A DNA stretch of 64,000 bases from Bacteroidetes bacterium RIFCSPLOWO2_12_FULL_37_12 (GCA_001769655.1 MEPC01000024.1:77572-141571), one strand, 5' to 3'; counted from the stretch's first letter, positions 38,504 through 47,484 are shown. A program made the numbers and translations. The notes: generated by a model from the letters alone, not told the origin.

Positions 38504-38798
38504 ATAAGGGCAAATGAAAGGGTTTGGTATTGCAACATTTTAAATCCATGGATTTCAATTTAAAAATATAATTTGCCATTTCCCTCCCAAAACCGTCTAA
38601 ATAGCGTGTATTGATTAAAACATTTTTAACATTTTTATCTCCGTAACAAACCAACAATTCTCCAATATCATCCAAAGTACCATAATCAAAAACTCTTGAA
38701 ATAATATACTCGGCGTTTTTTTCATAGTCCAAATCCCTGAAAGCAACATCCCAGAATGCTTTCTTTGATAACTCAGGTTTATATTTATATTTAAGCAT
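38502..38798 (-). CDS. DUF6922-like protein (putative antitoxin partner of AbiEii-type nucleotidyltransferases)
   Basis: FWDV...LDYEKNAEYIISRVFDYGTLDD...YG pattern; own TACATTTG box upstream. Confidence 0.65.
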   Translation of the reverse strand: MLKYKYKPELSKKAFWDVAFRDLDYEKNAEYIISRVFDYGTLDDIGELLVCYGDKNVKNVLINTRYLDGFGREMANYIFKLKSMDLKCCNTKPFHLPL

Positions 38799-38908
38799 AA
38801 TGCATCAAAACTCTTATACAAATGTAGGAATAATTTTCTATTTCAGAGTATAATGAAAAAAATTTCACATATACTAAAGTTTTATCATAACTTTAAACTA
38901 TAGGTCCA

Positions 38909-39170
38909 TGAGCGTTAGTTTTTTTTATGTTTCGTTCCTACGGAACTCAAGGTTCTGAAGTCAGGCGTTTCAACAACGGACTTCAGTCCGTTGTTACAAA
39001 ATGAACCGTTCCTACGGAACTGATTTTATAAGGCGTTTTTTCCTGCACAGGCAAACCTTCAATGGCTTGGTAGAGTCACCGAGTACCATACTGGTCAAAT
39101 AAAATACAGTAATTATTGTTGGTTCTTTTTCTATATCCCGGTGGGTGAAAACTTACCGGGATGTTTTTTT
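38909..39170. repeat. ~260-bp direct repeat, copy 2
   Basis: Same REP doublet, middle segment and terminal hairpin as copy 1. Confidence 0.9.
39135..39170. terminator. Hairpin plus T-run (also at 38471-38503 and 41249-41286)
   Basis: atcccggtgggtgaaaacttaccgggatgttttttt. Confidence 0.65.
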
Positions 39171-39176
39171 CCCTGT

Positions 39177-39404
39177 TTATGCTACTTTTAATCGGACCAC
39201 TTCCAACTCAGCCCCGTTATTAACCGCTGCGGTTCCTAGTTTAAAAACTTTTTCGGTAATGTTTTCATCCAGATAATATGCGCCGCAAACAGGACAAACC
39301 ATAGCAGGTACTCCCTTGATTACTACTGTACTGTCATTTCTATTAAAAGATACGGTTACCTTTCCTTTGGTTGGGACACCGTGTTTACAATCAATACATT
39401 TCAT
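39177..39404 (-). CDS. YgiT-type zinc-finger protein (MqsA-like antitoxin)
   Basis: MKCIDC...VIKGVPAMVCPVCGAYY. Confidence 0.85.
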   Translation of the reverse strand: MKCIDCKHGVPTKGKVTVSFNRNDSTVVIKGVPAMVCPVCGAYYLDENITEKVFKLGTAAVNNGAELEVVRLKVA

Positions 39405-39697
39405 ATTAGTGTTTTTTTCCTTGTTTTAAAATCAGATTTAAAGGTTGTTTTATCCGGAATATAAACCGTAATTATTATTTTTTTCTTTTCACCGATATCA
39501 TTTGCAACTACAACATGAATGGGTCTATGATTTACCATTTTAAACATTAAACAACTTGGGTAAGGATAATCATCTTTATAATCCTCTATTATTTCTCCAT
39601 GCTCTATCGTTTCAATTATTTCGTTTCTGTTAATGTTTCGTTCCAACATTCTAATAATTGCGTGGTCCTTAAAAACAATAATGCATTTCTCCTTCAT
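39401..39697 (-). CDS. DUF4258 protein (putative toxin paired with YgiT finger)
   Basis: HAIIRMLERNI...GEIIEDY...YPSCL...RPIHVV...IITVYIPD; 4-bp overlap with downstream gene. Confidence 0.85.
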   Translation of the reverse strand: MKEKCIIVFKDHAIIRMLERNINRNEIIETIEHGEIIEDYKDDYPYPSCLMFKMVNHRPIHVVVANDIGEKKKIIITVYIPDKTTFKSDFKTRKKTLI

Positions 39698-39881
39698 TAG
39701 AGGTTGGCGTATCTTTTATTACAAAGGTACAAATAATTTTCCTGAATTCCGCTCAGATGGAATCTGCAAAGAAGAATACGGCTATACCTTTACACCCCTA
39801 TACCTCTTTACCTTTCATATTCCACAACATGATTCAACATGAGTTACAGTGACACAATAAATGCGGTTTGTAAGATTTAAT

Positions 39882-39897
39882 TGTGACCAATATCATT
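39882..39897. promoter_or_regulatory. Crp/Fnr-like box TGTGA-N6-TCATT
   Basis: tgtgaccaatatcatt upstream of 40013; matching box at 43038. Confidence 0.45.
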
Positions 39898-40012
39898 TAC
39901 TAATGTTTTTCCTATCATAAACCACCACTCTTATGCCTTTTACCTTTGTAACATGATTTAGATTAGTTTCTAACATCTCAACAATAATTAGAACCAATTA
40001 ACCAAAAAGAAC

Positions 40013-41227
40013 ATGAAAACCAACAAACTATTCAGAAATCTACCTATGATTGTAATTCTTTTCTTTATTACCATGTCAATGATTATTTCCTACACCTTTA
40101 CCGGTTGCAACAAGGAAGTTGACACAGTAACTGTCACCAATGATGTGCACGACACTTTAAAAGGGAAGTCAATTTCGGGAGCTTGCACTTATCCCGATTA
40201 TGCAGGGGCTAAAGTAAAAGCCAAAGGTGCTGTTATCTCGCTTTATACAGGTACATTAAAAACCGGAAATCCCGTAGCAACCGCTATTGCCGATACCAAT
40301 GGGAATTACATACTCCCTTACTTGCTTCCAGGCAGTTATTATATATATGCTATATATAATACGGAAAATAAAAATGCAAAAGAGATAAATGGAATTGATT
40401 TTTCAACGAACCCTGGTTATGCAGTTACGTTGGCTTCAACCAATTTGGTTCAAGCTATTGACCTTGTAACTTATGGAACTACCGGCACAACCAAAATATC
40501 TCTGGATACATCGGTTAATAAATATCGTTTAGTCACATTAGATAAAGCGCATAGCAGAATTAGTTTTGAAACACCTTATGGTCCAGCAAGTCAAGGTGCA
40601 AATTTCCCAGGTATTTTTGGCGCACTTAAAGGGCAACCATCACAGACCGCATTTAATTTAACCAAATTTGCATTTGATGAAGCCACTCCTGCTAACACTA
40701 AAATAGAGGGCTATGTTTTATTGAGTGAACGCTCAACCGGAGAAGACGGAAGAGATGCATTGGGACAATGCGGTTCTAAAGCATTACTTATTGATACTAT
40801 TGGAATGAAGGATAGTTTGGGTGTATATCGCGCACGTCCTGAAACCGATACTTGCAAATTTATCAGCCAATCTGTAATAAAATACGGAAACGGTTATTTA
40901 TGCAAAGCCATTTTAAGAGGGTTTTTGATGCACAAAGGACCTGGTAACGGCGATCCCATTTGCCCAACCTGCCCGGCTGATACCGCATTAAAATTTACAG
41001 GTCCTTATGATGTTGTAAGAGATTTACCTGTTGAAATGTACTTTGAGTTTGCCGGTAAGCAGAAATATGATAATGTGGATCCCAAGAAAATATATTATGG
41101 TTTCCCATTTGAAGGCGTCTTCACTTTTGATAAAACAAAAATCAATATCAAACACGCATCCATTGGTAACATGGTTAAAGTAAATTGCCATGTAAATATC
41201 AAAGGAATAGTTGGTAAAGAATATTAA
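40013..41227 (+). CDS. Lipoprotein with carboxypeptidase-regulatory-like domain and YceI-like domain
   Basis: Lipobox FTGC; ADTNGNY...LLPGSYYI beta-sandwich; LDKAHSRISFET and F.FEGVFTF YceI-like motifs. Confidence 0.6.
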   Translation: MKTNKLFRNLPMIVILFFITMSMIISYTFTGCNKEVDTVTVTNDVHDTLKGKSISGACTYPDYAGAKVKAKGAVISLYTGTLKTGNPVATAIADTNGNYILPYLLPGSYYIYAIYNTENKNAKEINGIDFSTNPGYAVTLASTNLVQAIDLVTYGTTGTTKISLDTSVNKYRLVTLDKAHSRISFETPYGPASQGANFPGIFGALKGQPSQTAFNLTKFAFDEATPANTKIEGYVLLSERSTGEDGRDALGQCGSKALLIDTIGMKDSLGVYRARPETDTCKFISQSVIKYGNGYLCKAILRGFLMHKGPGNGDPICPTCPADTALKFTGPYDVVRDLPVEMYFEFAGKQKYDNVDPKKIYYGFPFEGVFTFDKTKINIKHASIGNMVKVNCHVNIKGIVGKEY

Positions 41228-41248
41228 GAAAAAATTGGTTTATTTTGG

Positions 41249-41286
41249 CATCCCGGTAGGTGAAAACTTGCCGGGATGTTTTTTTT
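41249..41286 (+). terminator. Rho-independent terminator
   Basis: catcccggtaggtgaaaacttgccgggatg followed by T8, 22 bp after the stop. Confidence 0.8.
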
Positions 41287-41300
41287 GTTATTCAATAAAT

Positions 41301-41978
41301 ATGCCCATACGATTGCTCATAACATTAATTTTACTAGCGGGTTGCAAAAATTTCAAAGAACAAAAAGCAGAAACCGGCGAAGGAATCATAACTTATAAAA
41401 TTTCATATTCCGAAGACAATCCATATAAAGATAAGCGCTTCCTACCAGGCGAAACAAATCTTGTTTTTAAAGAAACAATGGCAAGTTTCATTACCTCCGG
41501 AATGGGTATTATTCAACTAGTTAATTTGCTGGATAATGAGCATAAAAAATATACCTCTCTCTTAATAAACAGTTTTGGGGATAACTTTGCTTTTACCGAG
41601 ACCTCTGAAGATATTAATGAACAGGAAAACAATCCTAAATACAGTTTTGAATTGACGGATGATAAAAAAACAATCGCAGGACTTGAATGTAACAAAGCGA
41701 TAGTCAGTGATTTGACAAACATTAAAAGTTTTGACATATATTATTACAGTAAAATAAAAGTAGTTCTCGGAAACTGCCCATACAAAGATTTTAATTACTT
41801 ATTGATGGAATACAACGATACCCGGTATGGTTTACCCATGCACTTAATAGCGGTTAAAGCCGATTTAAGTCCGATAGACACAACCCTTTTTCAGGTAGAA
41901 GACCCGGGGGTGTATAATTGGGTTGACAAAAAAACATTTATTAACATCATAAAAAATTTAAAATCACCGATATACTAA
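41301..41978 (+). CDS. DUF4412/GLPGLI-like lipoprotein
   Basis: Lipobox LAGC; GEGIITYKISY; TDDKKTIAGLECNKA; start at MPIRLL. Confidence 0.6.
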   Translation: MPIRLLITLILLAGCKNFKEQKAETGEGIITYKISYSEDNPYKDKRFLPGETNLVFKETMASFITSGMGIIQLVNLLDNEHKKYTSLLINSFGDNFAFTETSEDINEQENNPKYSFELTDDKKTIAGLECNKAIVSDLTNIKSFDIYYYSKIKVVLGNCPYKDFNYLLMEYNDTRYGLPMHLIAVKADLSPIDTTLFQVEDPGVYNWVDKKTFINIIKNLKSPIY

Positions 41979-41986
41979 AAGAAAAT

Positions 41987-42070
41987 GGGTATAAGGTATA
42001 AGGGTATAGGGTATAAGGGCGTAATTATTGTATTTCCCTTATACCCTTATACCTTTATACCCCTATACCA
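41987..42070. repeat. GGTATA/TATACC micro-repeat inverted pair
   Basis: gggtataaggtataagggtatagggtataaggg ... cccttatacccttatacctttatacccctatacc. Confidence 0.85.
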
Positions 42071-42100
42071 TTTTTACTAATTTCCATAAACTCATTCAGC

Positions 42101-42922
42101 ATGTGTATAATGTATAGAATCTGGTTCTTTCTCCTTGTCATTTTCCTACCAGGATGTTCTACTCCAAACAGTAGTGAAGAGGGCAAAGAGCGTGAAATGG
42201 CTTTTAAGAATCATATTAAAAAAATTACAGAATTCAAAACTATTTTGAATTTGGGAGGGATTTGGTTAAAAGAACAGGTACATCGTGAGAAGTTTTTTGA
42301 TAAGAATGGTTTTAAGTTCAAAGAAATAACCCATTACGATGATGGGAGCATTGAAAACATTATTTCATTACAGTATGATAAAAATGGGAATTTAATATTC
42401 CGGAAAGCGGTTAACCCTGACAGCAGTGTATCTTACAGTGATAAAAGGGTGTTTGACGAGCATAACAACAAGATAGAATATTATTTTTACAATCCGGATA
42501 GTACTCTCCTCTACAGGAAACCTGCTGTGTATGACAAGGAAGGGAAAATGATTGAAAGCAGAATGTACCACGATGGAGAATGGAAAGCAACCTACAAGTA
42601 TAAATATCAAGACGCCAGAATGACTGAGAATAATATATATGATTCAACAGGTAATTTCAAGCATAAATGGCTATATGTATATGACAATAGAAATAATCTT
42701 ATTGAAGAGGTACAGTATAATTCACAGAATTATATTTCTTATCAAAACAAGTATGAATATACTAAGGACAATTTTTTGATCAAAGAAACCAACTATGTCG
42801 GAGAGGAGGTTCAACGCTCGTTTTCATACAAATACAATGGTAAAAATCTTATGGAAATTAAAAACGAATATGTTTATGGGAGGTTAAATTCAAAATTCAG
42901 ATATGAATATGATTATTATTAA
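42101..42922 (+). CDS. Lipoprotein with YD-like beta-hairpin repeats
   Basis: Lipobox LPGC; repeated YDKNGN/YDKEGK/YDNRNN units. Confidence 0.6.
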   Translation: MCIMYRIWFFLLVIFLPGCSTPNSSEEGKEREMAFKNHIKKITEFKTILNLGGIWLKEQVHREKFFDKNGFKFKEITHYDDGSIENIISLQYDKNGNLIFRKAVNPDSSVSYSDKRVFDEHNNKIEYYFYNPDSTLLYRKPAVYDKEGKMIESRMYHDGEWKATYKYKYQDARMTENNIYDSTGNFKHKWLYVYDNRNNLIEEVQYNSQNYISYQNKYEYTKDNFLIKETNYVGEEVQRSFSYKYNGKNLMEIKNEYVYGRLNSKFRYEYDYY

Positions 42923-43001
42923 AGGCACCTCTAAAAACTGATATAATTCCTCTCCCTGCCCTCTCCAAGAGAGGGACAATAGGTAGTTTTTAGAGGTGCC
43001 C
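42923..43001. mobile_element. MITE-like element flanked by TTAA direct repeats
   Basis: aggcacctctaaaaact ... agtttttagaggtgccc; TTAA at 42919-42922 and 43002-43005. Confidence 0.75.
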
Positions 43002-43037
43002 TTAAAGTATTCAATGCGCTACCACAACATTGCCTTA

Positions 43038-43075
43038 TGTGACGTGTATCATTTTGAAAAGTGATATAAATCGTT
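43038..43075. promoter_or_regulatory. Tandem Crp/Fnr-like boxes upstream of the redox cluster
   Basis: tgtgacgtgtatcatt (43038-43053) and agtgatataaatcgtt (43060-43075). Confidence 0.45.
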
Positions 43076-43167
43076 AATTTTAGTTACACTTTATTCTTTT
43101 TTTGTCTTTAGATTAACTTCTTTTAATGTAATTTTTATAAGAAGTCCATAATCTAAACAAAAAAAGT

Positions 43168-44007
43168 ATGAACAAAAAACTCCTTTTCACACTGTCTGCC
43201 TGTGTCATAATCATTATTTTTTCAACTGTCAGAGAAATTCATTCCAATGGTACCGGAGCGCCTGAGGGGTATTCGGGTGCGCCAGGTGGAAACGGCAACT
43301 GTACAGGATGCCATGAAGAAGGGTCGGGAAGCGATCAACCCGGATGGATTACGTCCAATATTCCGGTAACCGGTTATTTACCGGATAGTACTTATACTCT
43401 TACAGCTACGGCTACAAAAGTTGGCGAGCCAAAATTTGGTTTTGAAATAAGACCATATAGTACAGATGCCGCTAAAGAGGGGACATTAATCCTTACTGAT
43501 CCCAATGCAACTCAACTCATTGGCTCTGGAAAATACATAACTCATACGGCCACAGGAACTACAGGTAGTGGAAATAAATCATGGAATTTTAAATGGAAAG
43601 CCCCAGCCGCTGGTATCAATAAAGTAACTTTCTATGGAGCATTTGTATGCGCCAATAACAATGGAAGTCCAACCGAAGACGAGGTTTATGTTTCAACCTT
43701 AGCGGTGAAGGATACAACAAAAGTAGGCATAGAAGAATTTATAAGTAAAAACTCAAAAATCAACATATATCCAAACCCAGGCAATGGTAATTGCTTTATA
43801 GATATTGATGCACTTCATCACACTTCTTATAATGTCAGTATTGTGAATGGCACCGGGCAAATAATTCATAATGAAGTAGTGAATGTCACCCCAGGACAAA
43901 AAACTATAAAAAATATTCAGTTGGAGAATAACTCATACGGAACGTACATAATTAAATTTAGTTCAAACAAAGAAGAAATAAATAAACCACTGATAGTCAT
44001 TAAATAA
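43168..44007 (+). CDS. Reeler-like (choice-of-anchor V-like) protein with CxxCH motif and T9SS type A sorting domain
   Basis: GYSGAPGGNGNCTGCH; FGFEI; WNFKWKAP...VTFY; C-terminal IYPNP...GTYII...KPLIVIK. Confidence 0.8.
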   Translation: MNKKLLFTLSACVIIIIFSTVREIHSNGTGAPEGYSGAPGGNGNCTGCHEEGSGSDQPGWITSNIPVTGYLPDSTYTLTATATKVGEPKFGFEIRPYSTDAAKEGTLILTDPNATQLIGSGKYITHTATGTTGSGNKSWNFKWKAPAAGINKVTFYGAFVCANNNGSPTEDEVYVSTLAVKDTTKVGIEEFISKNSKINIYPNPGNGNCFIDIDALHHTSYNVSIVNGTGQIIHNEVVNVTPGQKTIKNIQLENNSYGTYIIKFSSNKEEINKPLIVIK

Positions 44008-44408
44008 TGAAACCACTTCATAATAAATTTTCAGTATTTCTTATTCTGTCACTGTTCTTCTTTTGGACGGGCTGTGAATACGAGTATGTAAAACCGGTAA
44101 AAGTTGTTACTACAACTCCAATAAGTTTTTCAAATGAAATCGTCCCTATTTTTACTGCAAACTGCATCGGTTGCCATAAAACGGGAGGTACGCCCCCCGA
44201 TTTTTCTGCAACAAATGCTTATCAAAGCATACAAACGAAAGCATTGACCGACACCCTTAATCCTGAATCAAGTTTACTATATCAAAGAATTACAAAGACA
44301 GGTACTATAGGTAGTGCGAAAGGGATTATGCCTCCCTCAGGAAAAATGCCGGATAGCAATATTTCGTTAATCCTTACTTGGATAAAACAAGGCGCTAAAA
44401 ATAATTAA
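44007..44408 (+). CDS. Monoheme cytochrome c lipoprotein
   Basis: Lipobox WTGC; ISFSNEIVPIFTANCIGCH; MPP; WIKQGAKNN; start overlaps previous stop (TAATG). Confidence 0.85.
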   Translation: MKPLHNKFSVFLILSLFFFWTGCEYEYVKPVKVVTTTPISFSNEIVPIFTANCIGCHKTGGTPPDFSATNAYQSIQTKALTDTLNPESSLLYQRITKTGTIGSAKGIMPPSGKMPDSNISLILTWIKQGAKNN

Positions 44409-44412
44409 CAAT

Positions 44413-45267
44413 ATGAAAATTTTCTTTTCCATTCTGACTTTCTTCCTTTTCACTGGAATTTTGATGGGGCAGGATGCACCCAAAAAAGATGAAGCGGTTG
44501 TCCCCGAAAAAAATACGTTTGAGGATTTGACTGTTATTAATAATGTGTCTATGGAAACCCTGAATAAAAAGGCACTTTCATTTTCCATACAGCATCGTTT
44601 TGGTAACGTAAATGAGGGGTTTAAAAAAGACCAGAATTTTGACTTGCTCGGTATTTTCGCCCCTGCGAATGTCCGGCTCGGTTTGGACTTTGGAATTACC
44701 GATCGTTTTATGCTTGGAATCGGTGGAACTAAAAATAATTACTTATATGACCTGGAATGGAAATACAGAATAATAAGGCAAGGCACAAAAGGAGGTTCTC
44801 CACTTTCAGTTACCTATTATGGTCTTGGTGCAAGAAATTCAAAATTGGACGATAAATTTAAAACATTTTCAAGCCGCTTATCCTTTTTTCATCAGTTGAT
44901 AATGGCACGGAAAATAACAAAAAAATTATCACTGCAAATTGCCGCATCCGTTTCACATTTTAATCTGGTGGATTCCTTAATGAATAATGATAATTACAGT
45001 TATCATTTTGCAGGCAGATATCAGTTCAGTCCGCAATCATCCATATTACTGGAATACAATGCCCCTATAACCAAAGCAAAATTATTTGAAACAAAACCTG
45101 ACTTGGCTTTTGGTTGGGAGATTGCCACACGCGGACATTCGTTTCAGATTTTTTTATGTACAGCTAACTCCATCGTTAAACAATACGATAATACATACAA
45201 CGTGAATGATTTTTCTAAAGGAGAAATGATGATTGGTTTCAATATTTCAAGAAGGTGGAAGTTTTAA
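44413..45267 (+). CDS. DUF5777-family outer-membrane beta-barrel
   Basis: IQHRFG, ANVRLG, RLSFFHQL..ARK, EIATRGHSFQ, GFNISRRWKF. Confidence 0.8.
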   Translation: MKIFFSILTFFLFTGILMGQDAPKKDEAVVPEKNTFEDLTVINNVSMETLNKKALSFSIQHRFGNVNEGFKKDQNFDLLGIFAPANVRLGLDFGITDRFMLGIGGTKNNYLYDLEWKYRIIRQGTKGGSPLSVTYYGLGARNSKLDDKFKTFSSRLSFFHQLIMARKITKKLSLQIAASVSHFNLVDSLMNNDNYSYHFAGRYQFSPQSSILLEYNAPITKAKLFETKPDLAFGWEIATRGHSFQIFLCTANSIVKQYDNTYNVNDFSKGEMMIGFNISRRWKF

Positions 45268-45383
45268 ACAGTTGACTTTAACGTGTAAGTCATTTTTAAA
45301 CACAAAGACACAAAGTTACACAAAGAGGTTGCTTTGTGCCTTCGTGATTAAATTTTTTATCACTTAACAAAAACAAAAAAACC

Positions 45384-45860
45384 ATGAACAACTTAAAATC
45401 CATCATTCCGCTATCGGTAATTATATTGGCTTGCACGGCAATGACCTACAATCCAACAGCGGTTACCGAATCAAAACTAAAAGGGACAAAAATCCAACCA
45501 AAACATGAAACTGTTTTGGCTCCTGTAGAAGATACTACAAAATGGGTAGCTCCTGAAACAGCGCAACAGTTAAAAAATCCCACGGAATCCAATGAGGCAA
45601 CAAAGGCAGAGGGTGCCATTGTATATAAGAAAAATTGCCGTTCGTGTCACGGAAAAGATGGGGATGGACAGGGCGCTGAAGCCGCAGATTTAAAAACAAA
45701 ACCCACTGATTTCAGAGATACGAATTTTTCGAAACAAAGCGATGGTTCTATGCTTTGGAAAATACAAAAAGGACGTGGTGACATGACGGCATTTGAAAAA
45801 GATCTTACGGAAGATGAAATATGGAAGACAATAAATTACATCCGTTCTTTCTCTAAATAA
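45384..45860 (+). CDS. Periplasmic monoheme cytochrome c
   Basis: Signal peptide; WVAP...KNP; CRSCHG; SDGSMLWKI..GRGDM. Confidence 0.9.
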   Translation: MNNLKSIIPLSVIILACTAMTYNPTAVTESKLKGTKIQPKHETVLAPVEDTTKWVAPETAQQLKNPTESNEATKAEGAIVYKKNCRSCHGKDGDGQGAEAADLKTKPTDFRDTNFSKQSDGSMLWKIQKGRGDMTAFEKDLTEDEIWKTINYIRSFSK

Positions 45861-45873
45861 ATAGAAATACAAA

Positions 45874-47484
45874 ATGCGGTTCATATACACCAGCCATTTT
45901 TTTTGGGTTGTCATTTTTTTCATACCTATAGAATTTTCTTTTGCCCAAAATAATCCCGCTGATTTATTTGATGAGAATTGCGCTGATTGTCATTCCATTG
46001 GTGAAGGAGATATGAAAGGACCGGATTTAATGGGAGTAGAACAAAGGCGCTCTGAGGAGTGGTTGATTAAATTCACTAAATTTTCAAAGGGCATGATTGA
46101 AGAAGGTGAAATAGAGGCGGTAAAAGTTTGGGAAAAATATAAGAAAGCAAAGATGCCTAAAATTGATCTTTCAGATGAAGAAATAAAATCAATTTTTGCT
46201 TATATTAAAAGTAAAAATAAAAATGTTGCTCCGGTAAAACAAACTTCCGCAACAACTCCCAAAAAGCAAGAGGGCATAGCCCCTAAAGAACCCGGCACTC
46301 TGAATAAAAAAGTTATGGAAGAAAAAGGAGTGGCAATGGAAACAACTACAGTCAGTAATGAAGTGGCAACGGAAAACACTGCCAGAATAGATGAATTAGA
46401 AAAAAAGATTGACCAATTGTTGCACGTTCAACGCCGTTCGGCATTGATGGAAATAACAGAAGAAGATATTGCAAAGGGCAGGGACCTCTTTACCGGAATC
46501 ATTCCGTTTGAAAACGGCGCTCCAAATTGCATTTCATGCCACAACGTTGATGTCATTGACACCTTAAACTGGAACCCATCGGCTTTAGATATTGCCAATC
46601 TTTATTTGGATGATAAAAATATTGACTTTGAAAATTTGCTTTTACATCCCAAAACAGAACGACTTAAAAAATTATTAAACGAACATCCGTTGACTGAGCG
46701 CGAAGCATTTACCATTAAGGCATATCTTCAAACTATTAAAAAAGACGGGCTACATAAATCAAAATCAGCATCTCCTAATTCAATGTCATTAGGGATTGTT
46801 GTGGGTGTGTTGTTGTTGTCACTCATTGATTTACTATTTACAAAATGGATTAAAATAAAATTTATTCCAATTGTAATTATAATTGGTTCTATAGGTTATA
46901 TCTCTATTACCCCCTTTACCTTAAGCAAGAACATTGGACTCTCTAAAAATTATGAGCCCGACCAACCTATAAAATTTTCGCATAAAATACATTCAGGCGA
47001 AAACGGCATTGCTTGCCTGTACTGTCATAGCACTGCGGAGTATAGCAAAATCTCAGGTATCCCTCCTACGGAGGTTTGTGTAAATTGTCATTATAAAATT
47101 AAGAGCGGCGCCAATTCATGGACGTTTGAAATCAATAAAATAAACAGAGCATTGGAAACCAAACAGCCCATTAAATGGGTCAAGATTCATAATTTACCTG
47201 ACCATGTTTTCTTTAGTCATGCCCAACATGTTGGAGCCGGAAAAATTCAATGCCAGCAATGTCATGGGAAAATTGAAGAGATGGATAGGGTGAAGCAAGT
47301 GTCACCGCTTACGATGGGATGGTGTCTTGACTGTCACAGAACCAAAAATGTTAATATAAATGACAATAAATTTTATGATAGTTATAAAGGAATTCACGAT
47401 GATATTAAATCGGGTAAAATTAGTTCAGATTCTATTACGGTTGATTATCTGAATAAAAGTGATTGTTATACGTGTCATTATTAA
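45874..47484 (+). CDS. actA: Alternative complex III subunit ActA, extended (7 CxxCH)
   Basis: YEPDQPIKFSHKIHSG, HNLPDHVFFSHAQHV, LTMGWCLDCH pentaheme domain plus two N-terminal c-type domains (CADCH, CISCH). Confidence 0.88.
   Translation: MRFIYTSHFFWVVIFFIPIEFSFAQNNPADLFDENCADCHSIGEGDMKGPDLMGVEQRRSEEWLIKFTKFSKGMIEEGEIEAVKVWEKYKKAKMPKIDLSDEEIKSIFAYIKSKNKNVAPVKQTSATTPKKQEGIAPKEPGTLNKKVMEEKGVAMETTTVSNEVATENTARIDELEKKIDQLLHVQRRSALMEITEEDIAKGRDLFTGIIPFENGAPNCISCHNVDVIDTLNWNPSALDIANLYLDDKNIDFENLLLHPKTERLKKLLNEHPLTEREAFTIKAYLQTIKKDGLHKSKSASPNSMSLGIVVGVLLLSLIDLLFTKWIKIKFIPIVIIIGSIGYISITPFTLSKNIGLSKNYEPDQPIKFSHKIHSGENGIACLYCHSTAEYSKISGIPPTEVCVNCHYKIKSGANSWTFEINKINRALETKQPIKWVKIHNLPDHVFFSHAQHVGAGKIQCQQCHGKIEEMDRVKQVSPLTMGWCLDCHRTKNVNINDNKFYDSYKGIHDDIKSGKISSDSITVDYLNKSDCYTCHY

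Noticed and set aside
42101..42922. Rhs/YD polymorphic toxin
   Set aside because: Short lipoprotein with no Rhs core motif, toxin tip or immunity gene
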